DNA of 64,000 nt, taken from positions 44-64,043 of the forward strand of contig PCUY01000025.1 of assembly GCA_002787815.1 (NCBI GenBank). Direction: 5' to 3'. This document shows positions 36,976 to 46,425 of this stretch, piece after piece (position 1 is the stretch's first letter; each line of letters opens with the position of its first letter). The position numbers and the translations under genes were made by a program. This DNA comes from Bacteroidetes bacterium CG12_big_fil_rev_8_21_14_0_65_60_17 (GTDB taxonomy: Bacteria; Bacteroidota; Rhodothermia; Rhodothermales; UBA10348). The notes beneath the pieces are model-generated. The model was not told where the DNA came from and searched no databases. It was given only the letters and a program-made list of their open reading frames with translations.

Positions 36976-39767
36976 CCTCCTGCCGGCTCCAGCCCGAGCG
37001 TATGTCCCTTCTTGACGGCGGGGATGCCCTCGGCAAGCCAAACCGGCGCTGGCGCATCCATGAGGTAATGGTCGAAGAACTGCTGCATGCGAATGGAAAA
37101 ATCACGTTTGTTGTGCAGGTTCTGCAGCCCATGCGCCTCGCCGTTGTAGTTCAGCATCCAGACGGGTTTTCCAAGACGGCGCAGGGCCACGAAATACTCT
37201 ATGCCCTGGTACCACGGTACCGCCCCATCTTCGTCATTGTGCATCATGAGCAGCGGGGTTTCGACCTTGTCCGCGTAGAACAGGGGTGAATTCAGGATGT
37301 ACGTCTGCTGGGCGTTCCATAGCGTACCGCCGATGCGGCTCTGCGTGCGCTCGTACTGGAACATGCGGCTCATGCCGCTCGCCCAGCGGATGCCGCCGTA
37401 TGCACTGGTCATGTTCACGACCGGGGCTCCGGCCTCGGCTGCCGCGAACAGATTGGTCCGGGTAACCATGTGGGCAATCTGGTATCCTCCCCAGCTGTGG
37501 CCCTGCACGCCGATCCGGTCCGCATCTACAAAACCCTGTGCAATGAGGTGCGTGACACCGGGCATTACGGCGTTCATTGCGCTTTCTCCGGGGTAGCCGA
37601 CTTTGTAGGGAATGTCGGGTACGAAGAGAAGGTATCCGCGCGATACGTAGAATGCGCGGTCAATGATGGAGCGGGAGGCCCTGGGTGCATAGTAATTGAA
37701 CAGTCCCTCGGAGTTTTTCTCGTAGAAGTAGACCATCATGGGGTACTCCCGATCCGGATCAAAGCCCTCCGGCGTGTACAGGATGCCATCGAGCAGCAGT
37801 CCGTCCAGGGATGTCCACTGAACGAGCTGGCCGCTGCCCCAGAAAAAGTCAGCCTGCTGCGGATTCGTCGTGCTGACCACCCGGGCATTGGTCAGATTCG
37901 GGCCCGAGAGGCTGATTTCCGGGTACTGGGAAAACGTCTCACGGGAATACATGAAAACGTCCCTGTTCTGCCTGGCCCGTTCAAGGCGGCTGTAGCGCGC
38001 TTCGCCCGAAATCAACTCTTCCGGCTGCCGACTGCCCCGGATGCGGTCGCGCCAGTAGCCGGTCTGCTTGGTGTCATAGTGGAATGCCGACAGGTAGAAC
38101 TCCGATTCAACCCATGGATTGTCCGGGTCCAGGTCTACGACGCGGAAGCGCATGCCGAGTTCACGGCCGGTGCCTTCGGTCAGGGAGCGGGGCTCGGCGG
38201 GCTGGTCGGGATCGACGGCCCATACGTCGTGCGGATCGTACATGAGGAACAGGCCGTCGTCCTCCGACCAGCCCGCCGAGCCCTCCGATGAGGGCAACAT
38301 GGGCCAGTCGTGCAGTGGATTCGTGACCCGGTAGGGCAGTGCTGCCGACAGGTTCACGACCTCGCCTGACGATGTCCCGTATGCGAACCATGCTTCCTCG
38401 GCACCATCCCACCAGGTAATCCACGAGCCACCGGGTGAGAGGGATGCGTTCGACTGCAGGCCTTCAAAAACAGCTGTGCGCTCGCCTGTTTCGACGTGGA
38501 CAGCCCAGGCATCCATGTAGCGGGGGGAGTCCCATGAAATTTCCTGCCGGTAGGGCAGGTTGCTCTCGCCGAGTCCCCATTCACCGTCACCCTTGAGGCT
38601 TACCGATACAACCGGCATATCTTCGGTCTCCAATTGGCGACTCACGCCCGACTCCAGGAAATAGACCGCGTCGTAGGTGCGTTCAAGTTCACTTTTTCGC
38701 TGCACCAACTGCATGGGCTGGAGCAGGGGATCGGTCCACGACCACACGTCAAGCTCCACCGTTTCGGAATCGAGCAGGTCGGAATGATCGGGCTCAGGCA
38801 CTGGAACAGGTGAGGTGCCGAAGAACAGGCGCGCACCCGACTCCGAGAACCGGACCGAGCCGTGCTCGCTCACCCACCAGTTATCCGGCAGGAATGCGGT
38901 GTCAATTTCCTGCATGGGCTGACCCGTTGAGAGCAGGCGCAGCCGCATTTCCGGCTGTTCAGCCGGCCACGATGCTGCGTTAGTCAACCAAGCCAGTTGC
39001 GCACCATCCTTTGACAGGGCGAAGGAACCGAATTGTCCGGGACGCTGGTCCACGGCGACAGGCTCGTCCACTCCTGCCGGAAAATCGTATATCCCGTCGA
39101 TAAGGCCGTCTTTCGACTGCCGCGTAAGGACAAGTCGTTGTCCGTCTTCGGAAAATACCCAGTCCGTCACATGGTGGATCTCGTGGCGACTGCCGCTTGC
39201 CAGGTCAGCCACTACCAGGGTTGTGCCTTCCTTTTTATCCGGAATATCGTCCGAGAGCGTGGAATCGGCGCTTGTCGAATCGTCCACGGCATCCCGCTCT
39301 GCCACGGTCCAGGCAATACGACTGCCACGCCGCTCCGGCACCTTGAATGCCGCCAGCGACCCGAGAATCGAGGTCCGCAGGGTCGAGAGGTCAACCAGAG
39401 CGAGCGAGTCGGCAGGCAGATCTTCTTCCTTGCGCTCCTCCAGCTTGGCCTGTCGGGTGGAATCGAACGGCGCCTGCATGCGGAATGCCAGTGCGCCGTA
39501 ATCTCCGACGAACGCAGGATCGTTCCCGAAGGCGATATCCAGTCTGCCGTTTCCGTCCGTGCTTTGGATATGCAGTACGGGATCGCCTTCTTCGGGGGCA
39601 TCGACCCAGACGGCCCACGCACCATCAGGGGAGAGCAACCGGTCGGTGATATGCCGCCACGCATTCACATCCTCGTGATCCATGGCACGGCGCGACTGTG
39701 CGTTGGCCTCGGGTGACAGCGTGAGTAGCATGGCCGCAAGAGCGAAGAGGGAAAAACGGGCATTCAT
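36969..39767 (-). CDS. S9 family serine peptidase (prolyl oligopeptidase/dipeptidyl peptidase-like)
   Basis: A signal peptide, a long beta-propeller-like N-terminal region, and a C-terminal alpha/beta hydrolase with the nucleophile motif GHSWGGYQ. Confidence 0.85.
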   Translation of the reverse strand: MNARFSLFALAAMLLTLSPEANAQSRRAMDHEDVNAWRHITDRLLSPDGAWAVWVDAPEEGDPVLHIQSTDGNGRLDIAFGNDPAFVGDYGALAFRMQAPFDSTRQAKLEERKEEDLPADSLALVDLSTLRTSILGSLAAFKVPERRGSRIAWTVAERDAVDDSTSADSTLSDDIPDKKEGTTLVVADLASGSRHEIHHVTDWVFSEDGQRLVLTRQSKDGLIDGIYDFPAGVDEPVAVDQRPGQFGSFALSKDGAQLAWLTNAASWPAEQPEMRLRLLSTGQPMQEIDTAFLPDNWWVSEHGSVRFSESGARLFFGTSPVPVPEPDHSDLLDSETVELDVWSWTDPLLQPMQLVQRKSELERTYDAVYFLESGVSRQLETEDMPVVSVSLKGDGEWGLGESNLPYRQEISWDSPRYMDAWAVHVETGERTAVFEGLQSNASLSPGGSWITWWDGAEEAWFAYGTSSGEVVNLSAALPYRVTNPLHDWPMLPSSEGSAGWSEDDGLFLMYDPHDVWAVDPDQPAEPRSLTEGTGRELGMRFRVVDLDPDNPWVESEFYLSAFHYDTKQTGYWRDRIRGSRQPEELISGEARYSRLERARQNRDVFMYSRETFSQYPEISLSGPNLTNARVVSTTNPQQADFFWGSGQLVQWTSLDGLLLDGILYTPEGFDPDREYPMMVYFYEKNSEGLFNYYAPRASRSIIDRAFYVSRGYLLFVPDIPYKVGYPGESAMNAVMPGVTHLIAQGFVDADRIGVQGHSWGGYQIAHMVTRTNLFAAAEAGAPVVNMTSAYGGIRWASGMSRMFQYERTQSRIGGTLWNAQQTYILNSPLFYADKVETPLLMMHNDEDGAVPWYQGIEYFVALRRLGKPVWMLNYNGEAHGLQNLHNKRDFSIRMQQFFDHYLMDAPAPVWLAEGIPAVKKGHTLGLEPAGGK

Positions 39768-39816
39768 GGGTCGAAAAAGGTTTCGGTTCTGAAAAAATCT
39801 CAGGTCTGGAAATGTA

Positions 39817-40755
39817 TCACAGCGTCAAGACTTCACCACGCTCAGCTACGCGAAACCCTGCTTCCACTACAGCGCGTCGCTCGGGACTGTCCCCCAGCAG
39901 GACCGGGTTGGTATGGTTGAGGTGTATGAAGCGGATCTTGGCTCTCGTGTGAGCATCGGCATCGGCAAGGCGATCCATGGTATGTGAGATGAACGGGTGC
40001 GGAAATCCGCTCATGTCCCTCCCCGGAATCTCACCATCGGCGAAAAACGTCGCATCCACATACGCTACGTCAACGCTGGCGAGTACATCTTCAAGGCGGG
40101 TGCCGATTCTGTCCCAGTCTTCCCAGGAGTCGATGTCGGGCAGGAACAGCACGGTTCGTGCAGGTCCTTCTATGCGGTAGGCCACGACTTCCGAAAATTC
40201 CTGTCGATGCGGTACGCGCAGGGGTGTGACCCGAATGCGCCCTTCGAGGACAACAGCGGAGTCCGCGGCCAACGGCTTGAGCGTGATGTTGCCAAGATTG
40301 ATGAGCTGGCTCCACGGTCCATTGTCTCTCAGGAATGCCGCCATTCTGTCCATGGTGTATACACTTACGCCCTGCGCCCCGATCGATTCGTGGCCCAGGA
40401 ACATGAGACCCGTGTAATGCCCCATGTGGGCATGGGTGAGGAAGATGCCGTCCGGCACGTTGGTATTCCGAAGTCCGGCACCTACGTCGAGTGCGTGCCA
40501 CTGCGGACGAAAGTCGGGCGTCGCATCGAAAATCCACCGGGAACCGGTTTCAGGATTTACGAGGCCCAGGCTGGTAGCCAGGTGGGCACGGGATGGACTG
40601 CTCCATCCCGGATGCCTATGGTTGCCGGCCTGGGGTACGCCCCCGTCCTGCGCCGTCCCGAGCACCATGAGCCACGGTGCGCCGTCACCGGCTTCACGGT
40701 TGCATCCAGCGAATAGAAGGGACGCAGCAAGAAGAGTGGCCACCGGCAGACGCAT
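39817..40755 (-). CDS. MBL-fold hydrolase lipoprotein (PqqB-like family)
   Basis: Lipobox LLFAGC and the LTHAHMGHYTGL motif. The start overlaps the upstream stop by 1 nt (TGATG). Confidence 0.7.
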   Translation of the reverse strand: MRLPVATLLAASLLFAGCNREAGDGAPWLMVLGTAQDGGVPQAGNHRHPGWSSPSRAHLATSLGLVNPETGSRWIFDATPDFRPQWHALDVGAGLRNTNVPDGIFLTHAHMGHYTGLMFLGHESIGAQGVSVYTMDRMAAFLRDNGPWSQLINLGNITLKPLAADSAVVLEGRIRVTPLRVPHRQEFSEVVAYRIEGPARTVLFLPDIDSWEDWDRIGTRLEDVLASVDVAYVDATFFADGEIPGRDMSGFPHPFISHTMDRLADADAHTRAKIRFIHLNHTNPVLLGDSPERRAVVEAGFRVAERGEVLTL

Positions 40756-41570
40756 CAGAGCAGACTTTTTATGGCGCCCCCATCAACGGGAAGCGCCACT
40801 CCGGTAATGTAGGCTGCCGGCTCGCTGACCAGGAAAGCTGCCGCGGCAGCAAATTCCTCCTCGCGACCAATACGCTTCAGGGCGGCCTGTCCAGCCCACC
40901 CGGCTTCGATGTCCTCTTCCGATACACTACGTCGCTCGGCCAGCGCCTCGGAGAGGTGTGTCAGCCGGTCGGTACGGGTGTATCCCGGCAGGATCGTATT
41001 GACGGTGATACCGTCTGCTCCAACCTCCTCGGACAGGCTCTTCGCAAAACCCTGCACTCCCGCGCGCGAGACGTTCGACAGATAGAGTCCGGCAACGGGT
41101 TGCTTGGCTGAAATGGACGTGACCATGAGAATACGCGCGAGGGGGCGGTCTGCTTTTGCGGATTCCTTCAGAAAAGGAAGGGCCGCCCGTGTCAGGTTGA
41201 TTGTGCTCATGAGATTGAGCTCAAGGGCAGACCGCCAGTCCTCGGCAGAGAAATCAAGCACGGTGCCGGTCGGGGGGCCACCGGCATTGGTGATCAGAAT
41301 ATTGAGGCCACCAAAATGGTCTGCTGCGCGACCCACGGCCGTTCGGACCATATCCTCATCGGTGACATCGCATACAAGCGGTAGAACACGGTCGTCGGGC
41401 ACGCCTGTGTCACGGGCAAGGTCCATGGCCGCACACTGGATGCGTTCCGATGAGCGTGAGCAGATTGCGACATGGCAACCTTCGGAGAGAAGCGCCCGGG
41501 CCGTTGCCCGTCCGAGGCCACTGCTGGCTCCGGCAATGAATGCCACACGGTTTTTCAGTCCCAGATCCAC
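40755..41570 (-). CDS. SDR family oxidoreductase
   Basis: Rossmann motif AFIAGASSGLG and NNAG-like ITNAGG. Length is 271 aa. Confidence 0.8.
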   Translation of the reverse strand: MDLGLKNRVAFIAGASSGLGRATARALLSEGCHVAICSRSSERIQCAAMDLARDTGVPDDRVLPLVCDVTDEDMVRTAVGRAADHFGGLNILITNAGGPPTGTVLDFSAEDWRSALELNLMSTINLTRAALPFLKESAKADRPLARILMVTSISAKQPVAGLYLSNVSRAGVQGFAKSLSEEVGADGITVNTILPGYTRTDRLTHLSEALAERRSVSEEDIEAGWAGQAALKRIGREEEFAAAAAFLVSEPAAYITGVALPVDGGAIKSLL

Positions 41571-41658
41571 GGTATTTTCTGTCTTAAACGATTATTCGTT
41601 TGTTCGAGGCGCGCTTTCGGCGCATGTTGACGCCGTATATATAGCCACAGGAGACAGG

Positions 41659-42060
41659 ATGCGCAACAAACGAGTCGTGAACGACAGGTCGAGAGTCCGT
41701 ACCAAACTGGCACCGGCCGCTATTGGACCCTACAGCCAGGCCGTCCAGGTGGGAGACACGCTGTACTGCTCAGGGCAGATTGCCATCGATCCCGAGAGTG
41801 GGCACATGGTTGTCGACGGAATCGAGTCGGAGACCGAACGCGTGTTGGAGAATATGAAAGGCGTATTGACCGCGGCCGGGATGACCTTCGAGCACGTGGT
41901 TGTGTGTCGAGTGTACATGACCGATATCAACGACTACGCGCAGATCAATGAGGTCTATTCGCGGTATTTCGGTGAGAATGCTCCCGCCAGGGAGGCCGTG
42001 GGTGTGTCAGCGCTTCCGCGCGGTGCGCGCGTCGAAATTTCGTGCGTTGCGGTCAAATGA
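41659..42060 (+). CDS. ridA: RidA/YjgF family reactive-intermediate deaminase
   Basis: APAAIGPYSQAVQVGDTLYCSGQI and ARVEISCVAV. The upstream part of the 318-aa ORF is antisense to the SDR gene and was discarded. Confidence 0.88.
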   Translation: MRNKRVVNDRSRVRTKLAPAAIGPYSQAVQVGDTLYCSGQIAIDPESGHMVVDGIESETERVLENMKGVLTAAGMTFEHVVVCRVYMTDINDYAQINEVYSRYFGENAPAREAVGVSALPRGARVEISCVAVK

Positions 42061-42099
42061 CGGCGTGCTGGGCCCGACGCATGCACCGAACGTGCGCGT

Positions 42100-42669
42100 T
42101 CAGAGACCACTCACTTCCAAACGCATGGTCAGTACGAGACTCATCTGGTAGTTCTGTCCGGCCCGGAGCGTAGCCGGGTCAATCTGCAGGATCAGGCCGA
42201 ACGTGGGACGGTCCAGGAACGAGGCAATGTCGCGGTTGGGAAGCACGTTCATGCTGCCCGTGCGACTGGACGGAAACGAGGATGTGTTGGCAACTTCGGT
42301 CGGGGAAATACCCGGAGCGGTCAACTTCAGAATGGCCTGATCCAGGAAATCAACGTTTTCGTTGACCGGAAACAGCATTACGATGTCCGCCGCCTCGAGC
42401 CGCGCCGACACGATGTCGGACTTGGAAAAGCCCTGTACATCCAGAAAATCCGCCACATCGAGTTCGCAGTTGCAGGTAATATCCTGGAGTCGGCCCGTGG
42501 TTACCTCGTCGGCTGAGAACGCGAGCGTGATGGGGCTTCCCGAAATGTCCTCGGTGAGTTCGTGGTTCAGGAAAATGGTATCACCGCCGGAACTGGAAGA
42601 GTCACATCCCGCCAGAAGAAGTGCACCCACCAGGAGCAGATAATGGAATCGCCTGCGAAATACGGTCAT
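42100..42669 (-). CDS. Hypothetical lipoprotein
   Basis: Lipobox LLLAGC followed by a Ser/Gly linker. I recognise no domain. Confidence 0.55.
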   Translation of the reverse strand: MTVFRRRFHYLLLVGALLLAGCDSSSSGGDTIFLNHELTEDISGSPITLAFSADEVTTGRLQDITCNCELDVADFLDVQGFSKSDIVSARLEAADIVMLFPVNENVDFLDQAILKLTAPGISPTEVANTSSFPSSRTGSMNVLPNRDIASFLDRPTFGLILQIDPATLRAGQNYQMSLVLTMRLEVSGL

Positions 42670-42690
42670 GGTTTCAGGATGTACAGATGA

Positions 42691-43212
42691 TCAGAGACTG
42701 AGAAGGACGTCGACCGGTGCATGACCCCGGAGTGCGGTGCGACCATCGAGATCACGGATTTCGATCAGGAACGAAAAGCCGGCCACGGAAGCCCCGGCGA
42801 ACTCAACCAGACGTTCGGTGGCGGCAGCTGTTCCCCCGGTAGCCAACACATCATCATGAATAAGGACAATGTCGTCGCTACCCATGGCATCGATATGCAT
42901 TTCAATAGTGTCTGTGCCGTATTCCAGCTCGTACGTCTCCCGAATGGTGGTATACGGCAACTTGCCTTCCTTGCGTACGGGTACGAATCCGGCACCCAGT
43001 TCCTCTGCAATCATGGCCCCGAGGATGAAGCCGCGTGACTCTATACCTGCCACTTTCGTAATGCCTTTTCCATGCCATGTGCGTATGAGATCGTTCACGG
43101 CATATCGCACGAGCTCGGCATTGGCCAGGAGGGGTGTGATGTCCTTGAAGGATACACCGGGAGACGGAAAGTCGGTTACCGTGCGTACGGCGCCAGCCAG
43201 GCGGTCAATCAT
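42691..43212 (-). CDS. apt: Adenine phosphoribosyltransferase
   Basis: DFPSPGVSFKDITPLL and the PRPP motif VLIHDDVLATGGTAAA. Start placed at MIDRL; the ORF extends to 43290. Confidence 0.92.
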   Translation of the reverse strand: MIDRLAGAVRTVTDFPSPGVSFKDITPLLANAELVRYAVNDLIRTWHGKGITKVAGIESRGFILGAMIAEELGAGFVPVRKEGKLPYTTIRETYELEYGTDTIEMHIDAMGSDDIVLIHDDVLATGGTAAATERLVEFAGASVAGFSFLIEIRDLDGRTALRGHAPVDVLLSL

Positions 43213-44347
43213 GGATTCCTTTTTCATACGACTCTTTGAAAGCGCGGATGGATCGGAAGATGGCGCTGGCAAGATAGGTCTGGCCCTCATCCGACGCCAT
43301 GAACCGGGCCTCGGACGAATTGCTCAGAAATCCGAGTTCCACGAGCACAGCCGGCATGGACGCGCTCCAGAGTACATAGAATCCAGCCTGCTTGACCCCC
43401 CGGTTTCGTCGTCCCACGCGGTCCCGGAACTGGGATTGTATTTCGGATGCGAGGGTTTCGCTGTGACGCATATACGCGCTCTGGGCAAGTTGGAGGCGGA
43501 CCAGATCCCCAGGGCTGTACTGCTCGTAGACAGACGCATCCTCCTCGAAGCGGATGACTTCGTTTTCCCGCTCCATGACGCGCCGCGCCGCATCGGATTT
43601 GTGCATGCCTACGAAGAACGTTTCCGTTCCCTGGGCGCGACGATCCGGGGCTGAATTGGCGTGCAGTGATACGAACAGTTTCCCCCCCGCCTCGTTTGCC
43701 AGTCGGCCCCGCTCGTTGAGGGGAACGAACGTATCTGTGGTCCGAGTGAACACCACCTCCACATCCGGAAGTTGCTTTAGATAGGCACCCAGCTTTTTGG
43801 CGACGGCCAGTACGATGTCCTTTTCGCGTTCTCCGTGCGGGCCCCGTGCCCCGAGATCCTGTCCCCCGTGGCCCGGGTCAATGACAATCGTATCCAGCAC
43901 CCAGCGAGCCCTGTCAACGGGCGATTGGGTACGGATTCCAATCAGGATGTCGGTTGACCCTGCATCCCGGTATGAACTCGTTTCCACCACATTGCCATCC
44001 AGAGCAAGACGAATCGTCGTGTGTCCGCCGTCCTCCCTGAGGCGGTACGATGTGACAGGATCGAGGGGTGGTGCGGTCACACGCAGCGGGTCGAGTCGCG
44101 TGTTGAAAAGCGTAATTACGAACGAGTTCTCCGCGTCTGACGAGGGCGCTTCTGCGAATGCCTGTACCCGGGAAGACGTATGCAGGCGGACCACGATTCC
44201 CGCATCGTCACTTCGTGGGGAGAACGAAACCCGCGTGACCTGTGCCCGGGCGGTGTGTGCAAACCACGACGTACACAGTACGGCAGACAGGAAGACCATC
44301 CGCAGCAGGCAGGGATTCAAATACGATGACCCGGTCAGACGATGCAT
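43205..44347 (-). CDS. N-acetylmuramoyl-L-alanine amidase (Amidase_3, AmiC-like)
   Basis: IVIDPGHGGQDLGA, SLHANS and VLVELGFLSN, with an N-terminal AMIN-like domain. Confidence 0.88.
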   Translation of the reverse strand: MHRLTGSSYLNPCLLRMVFLSAVLCTSWFAHTARAQVTRVSFSPRSDDAGIVVRLHTSSRVQAFAEAPSSDAENSFVITLFNTRLDPLRVTAPPLDPVTSYRLREDGGHTTIRLALDGNVVETSSYRDAGSTDILIGIRTQSPVDRARWVLDTIVIDPGHGGQDLGARGPHGEREKDIVLAVAKKLGAYLKQLPDVEVVFTRTTDTFVPLNERGRLANEAGGKLFVSLHANSAPDRRAQGTETFFVGMHKSDAARRVMERENEVIRFEEDASVYEQYSPGDLVRLQLAQSAYMRHSETLASEIQSQFRDRVGRRNRGVKQAGFYVLWSASMPAVLVELGFLSNSSEARFMASDEGQTYLASAIFRSIRAFKESYEKGIHD

Positions 44348-44383
44348 GTCGTACGGAACAACGATGCCGTCCCCTTGATCCGC

Positions 44384-45301
44384 TTACTCGTTCCCGTCTT
44401 TGTCCTGCTTGCTGAAGAAAAAGGCGGATTTTTCGTTGAGCAATTCTTCCAGTCGCTTTTCAACGAGCAGGTCCCGCTGTTTTTCGCGTTCGGCGAGTGT
44501 TTTTCGCAGTGACTCCAACCGCTCAGCCAACTGTTCTATCTCCCGTTGGCGATTTTCCTGTTTCAGATCAAAAATCTGGTGGAGTGTGGATTCGAGTTGC
44601 TTTGTGAGAGCAGCTCTGTTCTCTTCCATGGTCTCGAGCCGGATTCTGTGTGCCAGCTGCCGGGACTCGGATTCAAGACGATGCTCCCGACGGAGCTCTT
44701 CATACAGGTGGCGGTCTGCCAACTCGATGGTCGCCATGTATTCGGCAAGTTGGGCGTCGGGAAGAGCCCGGGCCAAAAATGCGGCATTCTCGGCCTCGGC
44801 TACCAGCTGTCGCGCCAGGATGTCCCGCTCCCGACGTGGACCTGTTTCCAGTCGAATACGCATGCTGTCCATTTCCTGTGCCTGGAAGCGCAGCTTGTCT
44901 ACAAGCATCTCAAGAGACTCCGAGCCGCGCCCGACTTCCTCCATATTCTCTGTTCGGAACACCCGGACTCCGGCCTGTCCTTTCTCATCCGCGAAGAAGA
45001 CGGTCACCCTGCCTGAGCGGATACGGCTCGTATCGGCCCGGACCAGGCGATCGTTTTCAATGCGGAAAGGCAGATTGCCAATCTCTATGAGTTCGTTCTC
45101 GTCACTCCAGATGTTCAGCGTACCGGATATCGATGACATGTCGAGCGACTCCGGGAGCTCGGATTTCGGAACGGGTTTTCCATTTATGAACAGCCGTCCA
45201 TTCTCGATGGTCACCTTGAATGTATCCTGTGCCCATGCGTCCGTGCTCGGCCCCGACATGAGGAGTGCCGTGATAAGCAGTGTTGCTGTTACGTATTTCA
45301 T
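44384..45301 (-). CDS. Secreted coiled-coil protein of unknown function
   Basis: Signal peptide MKYVTATLLITALLMSGPSTDAWAQ, a ~120-aa beta-like domain, then ~180 aa of heptad-like charged helix. Confidence 0.55.
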   Translation of the reverse strand: MKYVTATLLITALLMSGPSTDAWAQDTFKVTIENGRLFINGKPVPKSELPESLDMSSISGTLNIWSDENELIEIGNLPFRIENDRLVRADTSRIRSGRVTVFFADEKGQAGVRVFRTENMEEVGRGSESLEMLVDKLRFQAQEMDSMRIRLETGPRRERDILARQLVAEAENAAFLARALPDAQLAEYMATIELADRHLYEELRREHRLESESRQLAHRIRLETMEENRAALTKQLESTLHQIFDLKQENRQREIEQLAERLESLRKTLAEREKQRDLLVEKRLEELLNEKSAFFFSKQDKDGNE

Positions 45302-45320
45302 AATGATACAGGCCATGGAT

Positions 45321-45836
45321 TCAATGAGAGTTGACGGGGACGATGCCTTGTGGGCGATGTTGAGCTGGTAACGACTCGAGGGGGACCGGAGGCGCGTCCC
45401 ACGTCAGATCCGAGGCTCCCTGAATGGTGCGTAGACGCTGGTGGAGGGCGTTGATATCATCACTGTTGTCCCATTCCAGTTCTGTCCCGTCCGATACCAG
45501 CACAGGGGTGTCCGTTTTTGACTCACTGCCATTGAGCAGGAAGATGCCCGTTGCAAGACCAATCACAAGCACGGCCGCGATGGCCACGGCCCGGTATACG
45601 ATCCGCATGCCGGATCGTGGCGAGTGCGCCTCTGTCATAATCCGATCAATAACGGCCGCATCGGGTATGTGCCGCCCCCGGTGACGTTCAAGTAGAACGC
45701 GTGTCTTGGCAAGCGCTTCGTGCTCACGGCGACTGTCTCCATTCAGCATAATGTCGGAGAGGATCTTCTCGTCGGAAGCCTCATCGTACACATGCAGAAG
45801 AAGGTGTTTCTTTTTGGTATTCATGGAGTTGGTCAT
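45321..45836 (-). CDS. Putative anti-sigma factor (single-pass membrane protein)
   Basis: N-terminal LLLHVYDEASDEKILSDIML resembles an anti-sigma N-domain. A TM helix (AVAIAAVLVIGLATGIFLL) is present. It lies immediately downstream of the ECF sigma gene. Confidence 0.5.
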   Translation of the reverse strand: MTNSMNTKKKHLLLHVYDEASDEKILSDIMLNGDSRREHEALAKTRVLLERHRGRHIPDAAVIDRIMTEAHSPRSGMRIVYRAVAIAAVLVIGLATGIFLLNGSESKTDTPVLVSDGTELEWDNSDDINALHQRLRTIQGASDLTWDAPPVPLESLPAQHRPQGIVPVNSH

Positions 45837-46389
45837 GGATCAACGATCGCAGGTTCAACAGTCCGTATCTCATGCGGCCAATTGCCGTATTGATGGAGCA
45901 GTTCGTGAGTTCAGCTATTTCCCTGAACGTCAGTTCGGATTCGTGGCGGAGCAGCACCACCTCCCGTTGTTCTGGTGGCAGTCTGGCAATACAGGCATCC
46001 AGGATTTCTTCCTGCTGTTTCATTTCGAGCTGCTCATCGACTGGGGAGAAATCGCACGGCAGGGAGTCCCAGTAGTCTGTTTCCTCGTTCTGAGGCACGT
46101 CACGCCATTTCTTGCGGGCGCGCAGATGATCGAGTGCCGCATTTCTGGCAATACGCAATACCCAGGCTATGAACTTGCCCCGTCGAATGTACGAGCCTCG
46201 ATCACGCCTCAGCGCACGACACACGCGAATGAATGTCTCCTGGAACAGGTCGTCTGCAGCCGACGGCCCAACCATGCCCATCAGATAACCATACACGCGC
46301 GCCTGGTGCCTTTCCATAAGGCGCCGGAAAGCGACATCATCGCCACCTTCCACATAGGCAGTTACAAGATCTTCGTCTGTCGGCTTCAT
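45781..46389 (-). CDS. ECF-type RNA polymerase sigma-70 factor
   Basis: Region 2 (DLFQETFIRVCRAL, ARNAALDHLR) and region 4 (LPPEQREVVLLRHESELTFREIAELTNCSINTAIGRMRYG). Confidence 0.85.
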   Translation of the reverse strand: MKPTDEDLVTAYVEGGDDVAFRRLMERHQARVYGYLMGMVGPSAADDLFQETFIRVCRALRRDRGSYIRRGKFIAWVLRIARNAALDHLRARKKWRDVPQNEETDYWDSLPCDFSPVDEQLEMKQQEEILDACIARLPPEQREVVLLRHESELTFREIAELTNCSINTAIGRMRYGLLNLRSLIHDQLHEYQKETPSSACVR

Positions 46390-46425
46390 TGCCCCATTAA
46401 CGAGGCAGGCGGTGGACTTATTGTG

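Noticed and set aside
41104-41658. N-terminal 185 aa of the 318-aa ORF that ends as RidA.
   Set aside because: This part is antisense to the well-supported SDR gene and is S/R/A-rich. The RidA homology begins only at the Met at 41659.
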